A stretch of 64,000 nt of DNA. Source: Candidatus Colwellbacteria bacterium. GTDB taxonomy: Bacteria; Patescibacteriota; Minisyncoccia; UBA6257; Colwellbacteraceae. The stretch spans positions 385,000-448,999 of the forward strand of contig JACOWZ010000003.1 of the NCBI GenBank assembly GCA_016176525.1, written 5' to 3'. The position numbers and the translations under genes were made by a program. Below are positions 17,854 through 27,233 of the stretch, in pieces. The notes beneath the pieces were generated by a model that saw only the letters and a list, made by a program, of their open reading frames with translations, was not told the origin of the DNA and ran no database searches. Position 1 is the stretch's first letter; every line of letters starts with the position of its first letter.

Positions 17854-18351
17854 ATGAATAAATCCATGAGAAGGGAGTATTTGAAATCATATGAAGAGTT
17901 CTCCGATGCTATTTTTAGATATTGTTATTTAAGAATTTCTGACAGAGATAGGGCGCAAGACCTTATGCAAGAGACTTTTCTAAACGCCTGGGGCTATATT
18001 AAAAACGGCAATAAAGTGCTTAATTTTAAAGCTTTTATCTATAGAACAGCCACCAATTTGATTGTTGATGAATATAGGCGCAGAAAGAAGAATATGTCTT
18101 TGGATAAGCTGCAGACTTTTGGGTTTGATAAGGCCTCTACCGACCACGAAGCTATGTTTAATGGCCAGATAGCGCGCGAGGTAATAGAGTTTATGGAAAA
18201 GCTTGATGATAAATACAAAGAAGTTCTGTTATTAAAATTTGTTGAAGATTTGTCTTACAAAGAAATTGCAGAAGTTTTGGGAATTACCGAGAAAAATGTG
18301 TCTGTGCGGATAAGCCGCGGTTCAAAGAAATTAAGAAAAATATTACGTTAA
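17854..18351 (+). CDS. ECF RNA polymerase sigma factor
   Basis: AQDLMQETF, FIYRTATNLIVD, LSYKEIAEVLG, VSVRISR. Confidence 0.93.
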   Translation: MNKSMRREYLKSYEEFSDAIFRYCYLRISDRDRAQDLMQETFLNAWGYIKNGNKVLNFKAFIYRTATNLIVDEYRRRKKNMSLDKLQTFGFDKASTDHEAMFNGQIAREVIEFMEKLDDKYKEVLLLKFVEDLSYKEIAEVLGITEKNVSVRISRGSKKLRKILR

Positions 18352-18352
18352 A

Positions 18353-18382
18353 AACCCAGCCCCGCCTTAGCGGAGCTGGGTT
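18353..18382. terminator. Hairpin between convergent genes
   Basis: AACCCAGC...GCTGGGTT. Confidence 0.55.
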
Positions 18383-18409
18383 GTCGGCCCATGGCGCCAT
18401 TTTTTTAAC

Positions 18410-20425
18410 CTATTCTTCCAGTGTTCTAAAACTGTGAGTGCTGGATTGTGTTGTATTGCCAGACTCATCAGTTGATTCAACCATGAAGAAGTAGGTTGTG
18501 TCGGGGCTAAGCCCTGTAACATTCTTTGAGTGGGCTGTTACAAGGTTTGCATCTCCGACTGAAGCCGCGGTTTCTGTATCAATCGGGCTTGCAGTGGAGT
18601 AGAAGACTCGGCTAGTGGATGCTTCATCCGTAGCCCAGCCTACCGTAACCGAAGTAGAAGTCCTATTAGAAACGCCGATATTAGAAATTACCGGCCCTTC
18701 TGTGTCTGCAGGCTTTTCTACTGCAAGAGTGTCAAAAGACATCTCTTCGCTCATAGAAACGTTGCCTGCCTCATCTGCCGACTCTACTATAAAGAAGTAG
18801 GTTGTTTCTGCATCAAGTTCGCTCAAATCAATTGAGTGAGATGATACGAGCTCTGCGGAAGAAACACTGTCAGCAGTTTCCACGTCAATGTTTGCCTCGT
18901 TAGAGAAGTAGACCTTAGAGTTGGAGCTTTCATCCGTATCCCAAGTTATTGTTGCGCTAGACTCTGTTATATCAGAGGTAGCAACATTAGAGATTACGGG
19001 AGCTGTTTCGTCTAGTTCTTCTTCCTCTTCTACAGCAAGCGTGGCAAATGAGTTTTCATCAGATTTGCTGACATTGTCTGCATCATCCGCAGAAGACGCT
19101 ACAAAGAAGTAGGTAGTCTCGGCTGAGAGGTTGTTCAAGGTTATAGAGTGAGTTCGAGTGCTGTCAAAGGCCCTCGTTACAGAGAATGATGTTGCTTCGT
19201 TAACTGGGCTTGTAAGAGAGTAATCTACTCGGCTATTGGAGTCTTCATCGGTTGTCCAAGTTACCGTTGCACTGGAGTCCGTAATGTTTGTTACCTCTAC
19301 GTTGGAGATAACCGGAGCCTCGGTGTCGGCTGCCTCTATTGTAGTAAACGAACCCTCGTCGGAGGTGGCAGTGTTGCCGGCCTCATCGGTTGATTCAAAT
19401 ACAAAGAAGTACTTGGTTCCCGCTGCAAGATTCATTAGATTCTTGGAGTGCTCGGTTACCAAGTTAGAGTCGCCTACAGAAGCTGCAGTCTCGGTGTCAA
19501 CGGGGCTTACAGTTCCGAAGTAAACTCGGCTTGTAGAAGCCTCGTTTGTATCCCAGGCAATAGCTGCGCTAGACTCTGTAATATTCAAGGTTTCAATATT
19601 ACTGATTACGGGAGCAGCTGTATCAGCCTCATCTTCATCATCTCCATCCTCGTCCTCGTCTCCGTTTTCGTCCTCATCTTCATCTTCTTCCTCTACAGCT
19701 TCTGTAGTGAAGGAACCCTCGTCGGAGGTGGCAGTGTTGCCAGCTTCGTCAATTGATTCTACAATGAAGAAGTATTCAGTCTTAGCTGTTAGACCAGTTA
19801 GGTTCTTAGAGTGAGCTGCTGCCAGATTACTGTCGCCTACAGAGGCGGCGGTTTCTTTATCAACCGGAGTTGAGGTTCCGAAGTAAACTCGGCTGGTTGA
19901 CGCTTCATCCGTAGTCCAATTTACGGTAGCGCTAGACTCCGTTATGTCTGTGACTTCAATATCACTTATTATCGGAGCTGTTTCGTCAGCCGGTTCTTCG
20001 TCTTGTCCGGCTGCTAATGCTTGAAGTTGCAGAACAATACCCGGAGGCAAATCGTCGCCGCACTCTTCAAGAATTAAACTAGCCGAAACAAGGCCGCGTT
20101 TAGCAAGATTAAGCAGTATGCCTGGTGGTTGGTCGCAGAGATCAGAGTCTTTCTGCGCTTTGGCAAATCGTACTGAACTTGCCGATTCCATAGAGGCGGA
20201 ATTCTGAACCTCGGCGTCAATGCTCTCTGAATCATCGCCAGCAGATGTTACAGCAACGTCATTAACAGATTCTACGCTTGCATCGGTGGTGGTTTGTGCG
20301 ACCACATTAGAAGATTCGCCGTCTGTACTAAACACTAGCGTTGTTGCAATAGCCAAAGTCAGCGCTACAAGCGTGACAATAGCAACTGAAATTTCTCCTT
20401 TCTGGTGTGTCAGTTTTTTAGTCAT
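18410..20425 (-). CDS. Large acidic surface protein with five fibronectin type III-like repeats
   Basis: Five APVIS..SATV.W.TDE..S.V.Y..H...L..L...T.YFF.VES.D.AGN repeats; Asp/Glu linkers; N-terminal QKG plus hydrophobic stretch. Confidence 0.85.
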   Translation of the reverse strand: MTKKLTHQKGEISVAIVTLVALTLAIATTLVFSTDGESSNVVAQTTTDASVESVNDVAVTSAGDDSESIDAEVQNSASMESASSVRFAKAQKDSDLCDQPPGILLNLAKRGLVSASLILEECGDDLPPGIVLQLQALAAGQDEEPADETAPIISDIEVTDITESSATVNWTTDEASTSRVYFGTSTPVDKETAASVGDSNLAAAHSKNLTGLTAKTEYFFIVESIDEAGNTATSDEGSFTTEAVEEEDEDEDENGDEDEDGDDEDEADTAAPVISNIETLNITESSAAIAWDTNEASTSRVYFGTVSPVDTETAASVGDSNLVTEHSKNLMNLAAGTKYFFVFESTDEAGNTATSDEGSFTTIEAADTEAPVISNVEVTNITDSSATVTWTTDEDSNSRVDYSLTSPVNEATSFSVTRAFDSTRTHSITLNNLSAETTYFFVASSADDADNVSKSDENSFATLAVEEEEELDETAPVISNVATSDITESSATITWDTDESSNSKVYFSNEANIDVETADSVSSAELVSSHSIDLSELDAETTYFFIVESADEAGNVSMSEEMSFDTLAVEKPADTEGPVISNIGVSNRTSTSVTVGWATDEASTSRVFYSTASPIDTETAASVGDANLVTAHSKNVTGLSPDTTYFFMVESTDESGNTTQSSTHSFRTLEE

Positions 20426-20567
20426 TGTTTTTTTGGTTTTTAATACGGCACTTAGTAGGTGCCTTCGACCTTTATGCCCCATTTCTGCACAAGATTTTGC
20501 ATTATGGGTTCAATTGCCTAGACGAGAGGTATTTGCTGCGTGCTACAAGATGGTATAATTTAAGAAA

Positions 20568-21038
20568 ATGGCTAAGAAATTTTGGATAGTGATTTTTATA
20601 TTTGGTGTTGCTGTTGGTTTTTTATATTTTTGGAATACCAGTAGTTTTAATAAACTGCCGGAAGATATTGCGGAACATATAAAACTTAAAAGTGATTTAA
20701 TAATACTTAATAGCCCTAAGCCTATGGCGGAAATTTCATCGCCATTAAAAATAACTGGGGAGGCTAGAGGTAATTGGTTTTTTGAGGCAAGTTTTCCAAT
20801 AACATTAACTAATTGGGATGGTTTAATTATTGCCCAGCATTATGCAACTGCAAAGGATGAGTGGATGACGACTGATTTTGTGCCATATGAGGCTATATTT
20901 GAATTTGAAAATCCATATAAAGAAGGGGACCAGGAGTTTATGCAGCGAGGATATTTGATTTTGCACAAAGATAATCCATCAGGTCTTCCGGAGAACGACG
21001 ACGCACTGGAAATTCCGGTTTTCTTTGCACCAGAATAA
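20568..21038 (+). CDS. Gmad2-like immunoglobulin-domain protein
   Basis: SPLKITGEARGNWFFEASFP, WMTTDFVPY, KDNPSGLPENDD. Confidence 0.8.
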   Translation: MAKKFWIVIFIFGVAVGFLYFWNTSSFNKLPEDIAEHIKLKSDLIILNSPKPMAEISSPLKITGEARGNWFFEASFPITLTNWDGLIIAQHYATAKDEWMTTDFVPYEAIFEFENPYKEGDQEFMQRGYLILHKDNPSGLPENDDALEIPVFFAPE

Positions 21039-21039
21039 A

Positions 21040-21067
21040 AAAGAGAGCAGTTTTTTCTGCTCTTTTT
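21040..21067. terminator. Bidirectional intrinsic terminator
   Basis: A-tract AGAGCAG-N6-CTGCTCT T-tract between convergent genes. Confidence 0.7.
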
Positions 21068-21080
21068 AGTCTGTATTTAT

Positions 21081-21599
21081 TCACTCTTGTTCTTCTTGCT
21101 CTTCCTTACAGAGAGTGTGAACGCATTTACCGAGGTAGTCGTTTATTCTGTCTATCGCTTCTATTGCAAGTCGCCTGCGTTCTTGCAGAGTTATGCCTCC
21201 ATTGCGGAGTAATCCAAGAATCTTGTTGTATTGATTCAGATCTGTGATAACTGCACAGCGTTCGTAATTTCTCGCCCCCCAAGCGAGTAGAAAAACCCTA
21301 ACTGGTTCTACCTGCTCCATGCTTTGTACTTCTGTTTTTTCCGGAATTGGGCAGACTACAACATTAAATGGAATGTTAAAGTCGCCAATGCGCCCCTTAA
21401 GAAGGTCTTTTACTAAGTTGGCTTCTTCGATTTTCAGTTCCCGCTTGTTTAGGGGTAGGCTTTGGATTGTTAGTGGGCCGGCAGTTATTTGGAACCCGAC
21501 TTTAGCAAGCTCTACTACAAATTCAGCAGTGCTTTTTAACGGGTCCATGTTGTGGTCGGCGTGCGAGACACTAACAAACGCGCGTTTTTGCTCTTGCAT
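21081..21599 (-). CDS. Degenerate MGS-like (PurH IMP-cyclohydrolase-like) domain protein
   Basis: KRAFVSV, GARNYERCAVITD..QY, ITLQERRRLA.EA resemble the PurH N-terminal domain; core motifs eroded. Confidence 0.55.
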   Translation of the reverse strand: MQEQKRAFVSVSHADHNMDPLKSTAEFVVELAKVGFQITAGPLTIQSLPLNKRELKIEEANLVKDLLKGRIGDFNIPFNVVVCPIPEKTEVQSMEQVEPVRVFLLAWGARNYERCAVITDLNQYNKILGLLRNGGITLQERRRLAIEAIDRINDYLGKCVHTLCKEEQEEQE

Positions 21600-21703
21600 A
21601 TGTTAAAGTCCTCTTAATTAGGAGAATAGCACTTTTTAGAGTTAGAGCGCAAGATATTAGTTTTGACTTTCTTATTTTTGTGTGTTACTACTTAAAAGTA
21701 GTC

Positions 21704-22186
21704 ATGAGAGGTACGCACATTAACATACCCGCCGAGGAGCGAACGGTGATGATGACAACTGAAACAAAATCCCCCCCGAGAATAGTTATGGGGAGTGATA
21801 ACAATAATAACGACCGTGTCAGGGAGTTTAGCTTTAGTATTGTGTTGAACCCTGGGGAGCAAGTTAGGTTCTGGCCGCCGTTGCCGTATTGGGTAAAAAA
21901 ACATGTTTTGCCCAGAGAAGACTTAAGCTCTAGTGTAATTACAGCCCTACGTAAGCTTGCCGAGGTTGATGGAATCAAGAAAATCGGCCTTCTCAAGCAC
22001 GAGTTTGTAATAGAGAGAGCTCCAGCATGGGCATGGGACCGCATTTTGCCTCAAATTCTTAACATATTGAGGCATGTCTTTGACCTTGAAGATCCAACGC
22101 TCGTGGATGTGGTGAGTGAGCTTAAAGGCGCGCATGTCCCCGAAGCCGGTTTGGCGGAAGCCGACTATTCAGAACCAGAGGAATAA
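21704..22186 (+). CDS. Nfu/NifU N-terminal-domain-like protein
   Basis: LAEVDGIKKI...FVIERAPAWAWDRILPQI pattern. Confidence 0.55.
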   Translation: MRGTHINIPAEERTVMMTTETKSPPRIVMGSDNNNNDRVREFSFSIVLNPGEQVRFWPPLPYWVKKHVLPREDLSSSVITALRKLAEVDGIKKIGLLKHEFVIERAPAWAWDRILPQILNILRHVFDLEDPTLVDVVSELKGAHVPEAGLAEADYSEPEE

Positions 22187-22200
22187 CTCTGGTCTTTTTT
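22174..22200 (+). terminator. Intrinsic terminator overlapping the stop codon
   Basis: ACCAGAG-GAATAA-CTCTGGT CTTTTTT. Confidence 0.7.
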
Positions 22201-22227
22201 GTTCAGGGTATAGGGTATAATAATAAT

Positions 22228-22785
22228 GTGGATTTAGGTTTTTTAGATTATAAAACGGTGCTTACCATAGCCCATTTGCTCGGTGTCGTGGTTGGTATGG
22301 GTGGCGCAGTTGCGAGTGATTTTATGTTTTTCTCAAGCGTTAAAGATGAGCGCATATCGCATACAGAGATGCGCTTTCTACGGCTTGGGAGCTTTATGGT
22401 GTGGATTGGTTTGGGTATTTTAGTGTTATCTGGGACTCTGCTTTTCTTTACTAACCCAGAGGTTTATATAAATTCTGCAAAATTCTTGGCGAAGATGACT
22501 ATTGTTGCAGTTATAGCTGCAAATGGAGTGTTTTTCCACCTTGTGCATATTCCGCGCCTCCACAGGCATATTGGCTCGCATTTTAAATCCTCGGATGAAT
22601 TTATGCGCACAGCGCCGTTTTTGATATTAAGCGGTGTTGTTTCTTTGGTCTCGTGGGCCTCTGCGCTTTTGTTGGGGAGCTTGCGGCAGATTCCTTATTC
22701 TTATTTAGAAATCATCGGGCTTTATGCTATAGTGTTGTTCTTTGCAGCGGCGGGCGCAATTATTTTTAGGAAATTTATTATATAG
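22228..22785 (+). CDS. Integral membrane protein with conserved His residues
   Basis: About five TM helices; AHLLGVVVGMGGA, FLAKMTIV. Confidence 0.7.
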   Translation: MDLGFLDYKTVLTIAHLLGVVVGMGGAVASDFMFFSSVKDERISHTEMRFLRLGSFMVWIGLGILVLSGTLLFFTNPEVYINSAKFLAKMTIVAVIAANGVFFHLVHIPRLHRHIGSHFKSSDEFMRTAPFLILSGVVSLVSWASALLLGSLRQIPYSYLEIIGLYAIVLFFAAAGAIIFRKFII

Positions 22786-22793
22786 ACTCTTAA

Positions 22794-24014
22794 ATGCAAA
22801 GATTAATCTTATCGGGTTTGGTTTTGGGAATAGCTTTAATAGGCGCAGCTGGTTTTAAGGTTTCTTACGAGTCGGGTGCAAAAGCCGAGGAGGTAATCGG
22901 GTCGCCTTGGATAGCGAGTTTGTTTGCAGACAAGTCGGATAATATTGTTAGCCTTAAAATAGAAGAGGGGGATACATTTGGAATTTTAGCAGAAGCTGCG
23001 GGAGTTCACTCTACAGAAATCTTGGCCATTCTTGAAGCCGCAAAGGATAAATATAACCTTGCACGCATTGTAGAGGGCAGAGAAATAAGTTTTATTTTTG
23101 GAGAAGATCAAATATTTAACAAACTTGTTTACCAGATAAACGTTGATGAGGTGCTTGTTATGCAACATAGCCCCGACGCTTTGGTCGGAGTAGGTTGGAG
23201 CGCGGAGCGAATAAATACTCCTTATTCGGTAGAGACTGAAGAAGTTTCCGGGACGATTGCAACGTCTTTATATGAGGCGATTGTTGGCAGCGGCGGTGAT
23301 GAGCGCGTGGCGCTGCAACTTGCCGAAACTTTTGCTTGGCAAGTAGATTTCTTGGTTGATATTAGAGAGGGTGATAGCTTTAAAATGATTTATGAAAAAC
23401 GTTTTGTAAACGGCAACTATATAGGCCCGGGTAATATTTTGGCGGCGCAGTTTATAAACGCCGGCACTACTTTTAGGGGAATTTATTTCGCATCCGGCGA
23501 TAAAGCCGCTTATTATGATGAGAATGGCAACGCCTTGCAAAAGATATTTTTAAAATCTCCGCTTGCATATAAATATATCAGCTCTGGATTTACATACAAA
23601 AGAGTAAACCCGGTTACGGGGCATGTTGGTGCGCATCGCGCCATTGACTATGCTGCTCCGCATGGAACGCCGGTAGTTTCTATTGGCGACGGCACAGTTG
23701 CGTTTTCGGGTTGGAAAGACAACTTGTACGGCAATGCGGTTATTATTCGGCATAACGGCACTTACTCAACTTTGTACGGCCATTTTTACAGCGTAGCCGT
23801 AAGAATAGGCCAGAGGGTTAAACAGGGAGATGTGGTTGGCTATGTCGGTTCCACGGGCCAGTCTACTGGGTCGCACCTGCATTTTGAGATGTATAAAAAC
23901 GGCGGCCACGTTAACCCGTTTATAATAGAGCTGCCGCCGGGGGAGCCGGTTGCGGAGTCCGCTCGGGCAGAATTCGAGGCGCTTTGGCAAACATATAAAG
24001 ATTTTTTTAATTAA
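22794..24014 (+). CDS. M23 family peptidoglycan endopeptidase (MepM/Csd3-like)
   Basis: HRAIDYAA, YGH, GSTGQSTGSHLHFE. Confidence 0.93.
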   Translation: MQRLILSGLVLGIALIGAAGFKVSYESGAKAEEVIGSPWIASLFADKSDNIVSLKIEEGDTFGILAEAAGVHSTEILAILEAAKDKYNLARIVEGREISFIFGEDQIFNKLVYQINVDEVLVMQHSPDALVGVGWSAERINTPYSVETEEVSGTIATSLYEAIVGSGGDERVALQLAETFAWQVDFLVDIREGDSFKMIYEKRFVNGNYIGPGNILAAQFINAGTTFRGIYFASGDKAAYYDENGNALQKIFLKSPLAYKYISSGFTYKRVNPVTGHVGAHRAIDYAAPHGTPVVSIGDGTVAFSGWKDNLYGNAVIIRHNGTYSTLYGHFYSVAVRIGQRVKQGDVVGYVGSTGQSTGSHLHFEMYKNGGHVNPFIIELPPGEPVAESARAEFEALWQTYKDFFN

Positions 24015-24065
24015 TGTGCTATACTTTACCCACAATTTAAAGGTCGTCTTTAAAAAAATAAATAA

Positions 24066-24527
24066 ATGAACAAATTTGTAGTAATAGCGGCTGTTGTTAT
24101 TTTGGCGCTTGTTGGGTGGTGGATATGGTCTCAAGGCGGCGCACCAACAACGCCAGGCACTGAAGAGACATCGCAAAATGGCGAGGTTACAGGAGAATCT
24201 GCTACTATTCAGCTTGCACAGAGTAATTTTTCTGGAGTAAGTGGTGCTGCTACTCTTATCGAATCAGGCAACAACCTTGTTGTGATGATTGAAACGTCTG
24301 GTGCACCCGGTGGTGTTGCACAGCCGGCGCACATACATGCTGGCACTTGCAGCGAGCTTGGTGGAATAGTGTATGAGCTTGCTCCTGTTTTGGATGGCAG
24401 TTCAGAAATACAGCTATCCGGCGTTAGCCTTAGCGATTTGGCTGAACAAATGCCTTTAGCTATAAATGTGCACAAGTCCGCTGAAGAAATAGGTGTAAAC
24501 GTTGCTTGTGGAGACATATCGCTTTAA
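24066..24527 (+). CDS. Membrane-anchored His-motif (CHRD/Cu-Zn SOD-like) protein
   Basis: QPAHIHAGTC, AINVHKS, VACGDI. Confidence 0.65.
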   Translation: MNKFVVIAAVVILALVGWWIWSQGGAPTTPGTEETSQNGEVTGESATIQLAQSNFSGVSGAATLIESGNNLVVMIETSGAPGGVAQPAHIHAGTCSELGGIVYELAPVLDGSSEIQLSGVSLSDLAEQMPLAINVHKSAEEIGVNVACGDISL

Positions 24528-24600
24528 TTTAGACTTAAAGCTAGCAGTAAAAACGGGCAAACTTGCCCGTTTTTGCGTTTTCAATATAATAAGCAGGTAT

Positions 24601-25842
24601 ATGAAAAAAAGAATAAAGAGGATAATTGTGGTTACTATTTTAGTCCTTGCGCTTATCTCGTTTTTACTGCCGCCAACTTTTGGCGCAACAGAAGGTGTAA
24701 GCGCAAATGCACCTAAAATCTTGCCTGCAAATCCCTTCTATTTTATAAAGGAGGTTGGCCGCGGCGTGAGGAGTATTTTTACGTTTAACTCCACCGATAA
24801 AGTGGAATATGAGTTAAAAGTGGCAGATGTAAAAGCATTGGAGGTTGAGGCAGCGACAAATAATAGCAACGATCCTGGTGTGGTGGCTCCGGCAGTGCGT
24901 AATTTTAGAGAAAGCGTTGAAAAACTAAAACAACGGTTTGAAGGATTAGAACTCGCGACGGATAATGCGCGCATAGACGCGCTTTTAAATTTTTTTGCGG
25001 CTAGGTTGGTAAAACATACTGCAATTTTGCATAACGCAAGCAATAAGTTTAAGAGTTTGGAAAGTGAGATTATAGATGCAGCTAATAGTTTGCACAAAAC
25101 TTTTATTACAACAGTAGAGATGATTCTTAATTATACGAACGGAGACTTAAAGGCAATATCCATAATTGATTCAACAGATTCTATAGAAGAATTGATGCGT
25201 TTTAAAAACTATATAATTATGCGCTTTGAGGCAAGAGTTAAAGTAAGTGAACTTTCAAAAGAAGCTATAGAGGAGAGTATTGAATCTTTGGGGCTTAGTG
25301 AGGCGCGCAAGCTAAAAATTATAAATGAACTGCGAGAAAGAGCTTTTGATGAGTATTTAAAGAGTAATCTAAGTATAATAAAAACTGACTTAATAAAAAC
25401 TCTTGAATTGAATGGTGTGATTGAGGATAGCGATGTCCAAAAAGCTATTACAGAAGCTGAAGATTTAATTGAGTCTATTGCCGACCTTCAGATTGATAAG
25501 GCTAGATTTAACTTACTCGATGCGCAAAACTTGCTTAGAGCTGGTTCTAACGCGGCGGCGTTATCATCTGCACAGTCTGCTTATATCGCGGCGAGATCCG
25601 CTTTGGAAGAGTTGAATGCGAAGGATAAGGCGTCTGCAGAATTTTACTCGGAGCTTAAGGCGGAGTTTGATAGATTGGCCTCTATTGCAAGAAGCCGCGA
25701 TATTACAAGAGAAAACAATACTGCGTTTTATGAGCTATTAGAAAAAGTTGAAAAGCTGGTGCTTGGTGTGGAAACCTATGGACAGGCAAATGCCGCAAAA
25801 AGAGTGCTCACAGAGATAGAGGCGAGACTTTTAAGCTTGTAG
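24601..25842 (+). CDS. DUF5667-like helical extracytoplasmic protein
   Basis: ILPANPFYFIKE..R signature after a signal/TM segment. Confidence 0.7.
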   Translation: MKKRIKRIIVVTILVLALISFLLPPTFGATEGVSANAPKILPANPFYFIKEVGRGVRSIFTFNSTDKVEYELKVADVKALEVEAATNNSNDPGVVAPAVRNFRESVEKLKQRFEGLELATDNARIDALLNFFAARLVKHTAILHNASNKFKSLESEIIDAANSLHKTFITTVEMILNYTNGDLKAISIIDSTDSIEELMRFKNYIIMRFEARVKVSELSKEAIEESIESLGLSEARKLKIINELRERAFDEYLKSNLSIIKTDLIKTLELNGVIEDSDVQKAITEAEDLIESIADLQIDKARFNLLDAQNLLRAGSNAAALSSAQSAYIAARSALEELNAKDKASAEFYSELKAEFDRLASIARSRDITRENNTAFYELLEKVEKLVLGVETYGQANAAKRVLTEIEARLLSL

Positions 25843-25844
25843 AC

Positions 25845-25959
25845 TCACCAAACCCACAGTATCTCGAGTCACTGGCGTAAAATTCTTGCTGAATTTTCGC
25901 CTTCTTCTCGCGCCGTCGCGCTCCGAAAATGACTCTCGACACAATGGGTTTGGTTCGCC
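25845..25959. repeat. ~115-bp structured repeat, copy B
   Basis: ACCAAACCCA...TGGGTTTGGT terminal stem; close match to copy C. Confidence 0.9.
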
Positions 25960-25960
25960 G

Positions 25961-27193
25961 TTAACCTAATCGGTCGTTTTTGATAAATATAAATAAGCCG
26001 CGAAGCCAGATTATAAGCGCCTTGTAGAGAGGCATAATAGAGGCAAGATATTTTAGCTCTACCAAGCCTTTTAATACCCATCCTAAAAATCCGCTTATTA
26101 TAAGCGGCCCTATTTTTGCAACTGCCCATTTGCCGCCCACAGGTATTATATAGGGGTAGCTTTTGGCGACATATTTTTTATGTGATGCAGTTTGTATGTC
26201 GCGGAGCACGTTTTCTGCCGCAACACGCGCTTGCTCAATCGCAGCAGGTGCCGTTTGCGGCGCTATTTGGCCCGTTTTTGGGTTTGTGGCACAGGTTATA
26301 TCGCCTATACCGAATATGCGGCCGTGGACAGTTAGGTCTGCGCTCTCCGGAATGCAAACCATTCCGCTCTCTACATCGGTTCTTTCTTTTGTTTTTCTAA
26401 ACGGTAGAGCTCGCAGTACGCTAGAGGGTTCTACTCCGCCAGTCCAGATAAGAACATCATAAGGGACGGTGTCTCCATCTTGGAGTAATAGATTTTTATT
26501 TTTTCCATCAACCGACACCACTGGGCTGTTTACGATTACTTTTATGCCAAGGCGCAGAAGCCTTTTGCTTATTTTTTCTATTACTCGTGGCTCAAAGTTG
26601 GATAGCACGGTTGGCCCTGCTTCTATTATTGTTATATTAGATTTTACTCCAAGCCAGTTTTTAAGTTCGCCTGCAAGCTCAACGCCGGTTGAGCCTCCTC
26701 CGATTACACAGATGTTTTCTCGCGGGGCTTCAGAGAGCACCGCATCTCTTATTTTTACAGCATCGGCGAATGTTTTAAATTCGTGGGCTGCTTCTTTTGC
26801 GCCTGGCACGCCGAAAAAGTTGGTTTGCGAACCTAGTGCCAATATTAAATAGTCGTACTTTATTGGATAGCCGTTTTTTAAGTGGATGTCGCCCGTACGC
26901 CTTGCTACGTCTAGCTCCGTAACCTCGTCGTTTATAAACTTTATAGGCAAGTTTTTAACCAGTTTTTCTATAGGGAATGTAACAATACGCTTGATTTTTG
27001 TATAATCCGCAGTTTCTTTATCAAGAGATGCTACTTCGTAGAGTGTGGGAGTATAGGTGTGGTACGCGTTTTTATCCACAAGTATAACCTCGTAATCATC
27101 TTGCAGATCGTATTTTTTAATGCCTTTACCAAGCGCTTTTGCAGCCGTTAGGCCGCCAAAACCCGCGCCTAAAATTACAATCTTTTTAACCAT
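25961..27193 (-). CDS. Type II NADH dehydrogenase-like FAD oxidoreductase
   Basis: GAGFGG, YDYLILALGS, GGGSTGVELAGE, IWTGG, IGD, AIEQA. Confidence 0.88.
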   Translation of the reverse strand: MVKKIVILGAGFGGLTAAKALGKGIKKYDLQDDYEVILVDKNAYHTYTPTLYEVASLDKETADYTKIKRIVTFPIEKLVKNLPIKFINDEVTELDVARRTGDIHLKNGYPIKYDYLILALGSQTNFFGVPGAKEAAHEFKTFADAVKIRDAVLSEAPRENICVIGGGSTGVELAGELKNWLGVKSNITIIEAGPTVLSNFEPRVIEKISKRLLRLGIKVIVNSPVVSVDGKNKNLLLQDGDTVPYDVLIWTGGVEPSSVLRALPFRKTKERTDVESGMVCIPESADLTVHGRIFGIGDITCATNPKTGQIAPQTAPAAIEQARVAAENVLRDIQTASHKKYVAKSYPYIIPVGGKWAVAKIGPLIISGFLGWVLKGLVELKYLASIMPLYKALIIWLRGLFIFIKNDRLG

Positions 27194-27233
27194 ATCTTAG
27201 TAGTATAAGATATATAGGTTATAATCTAAAATA

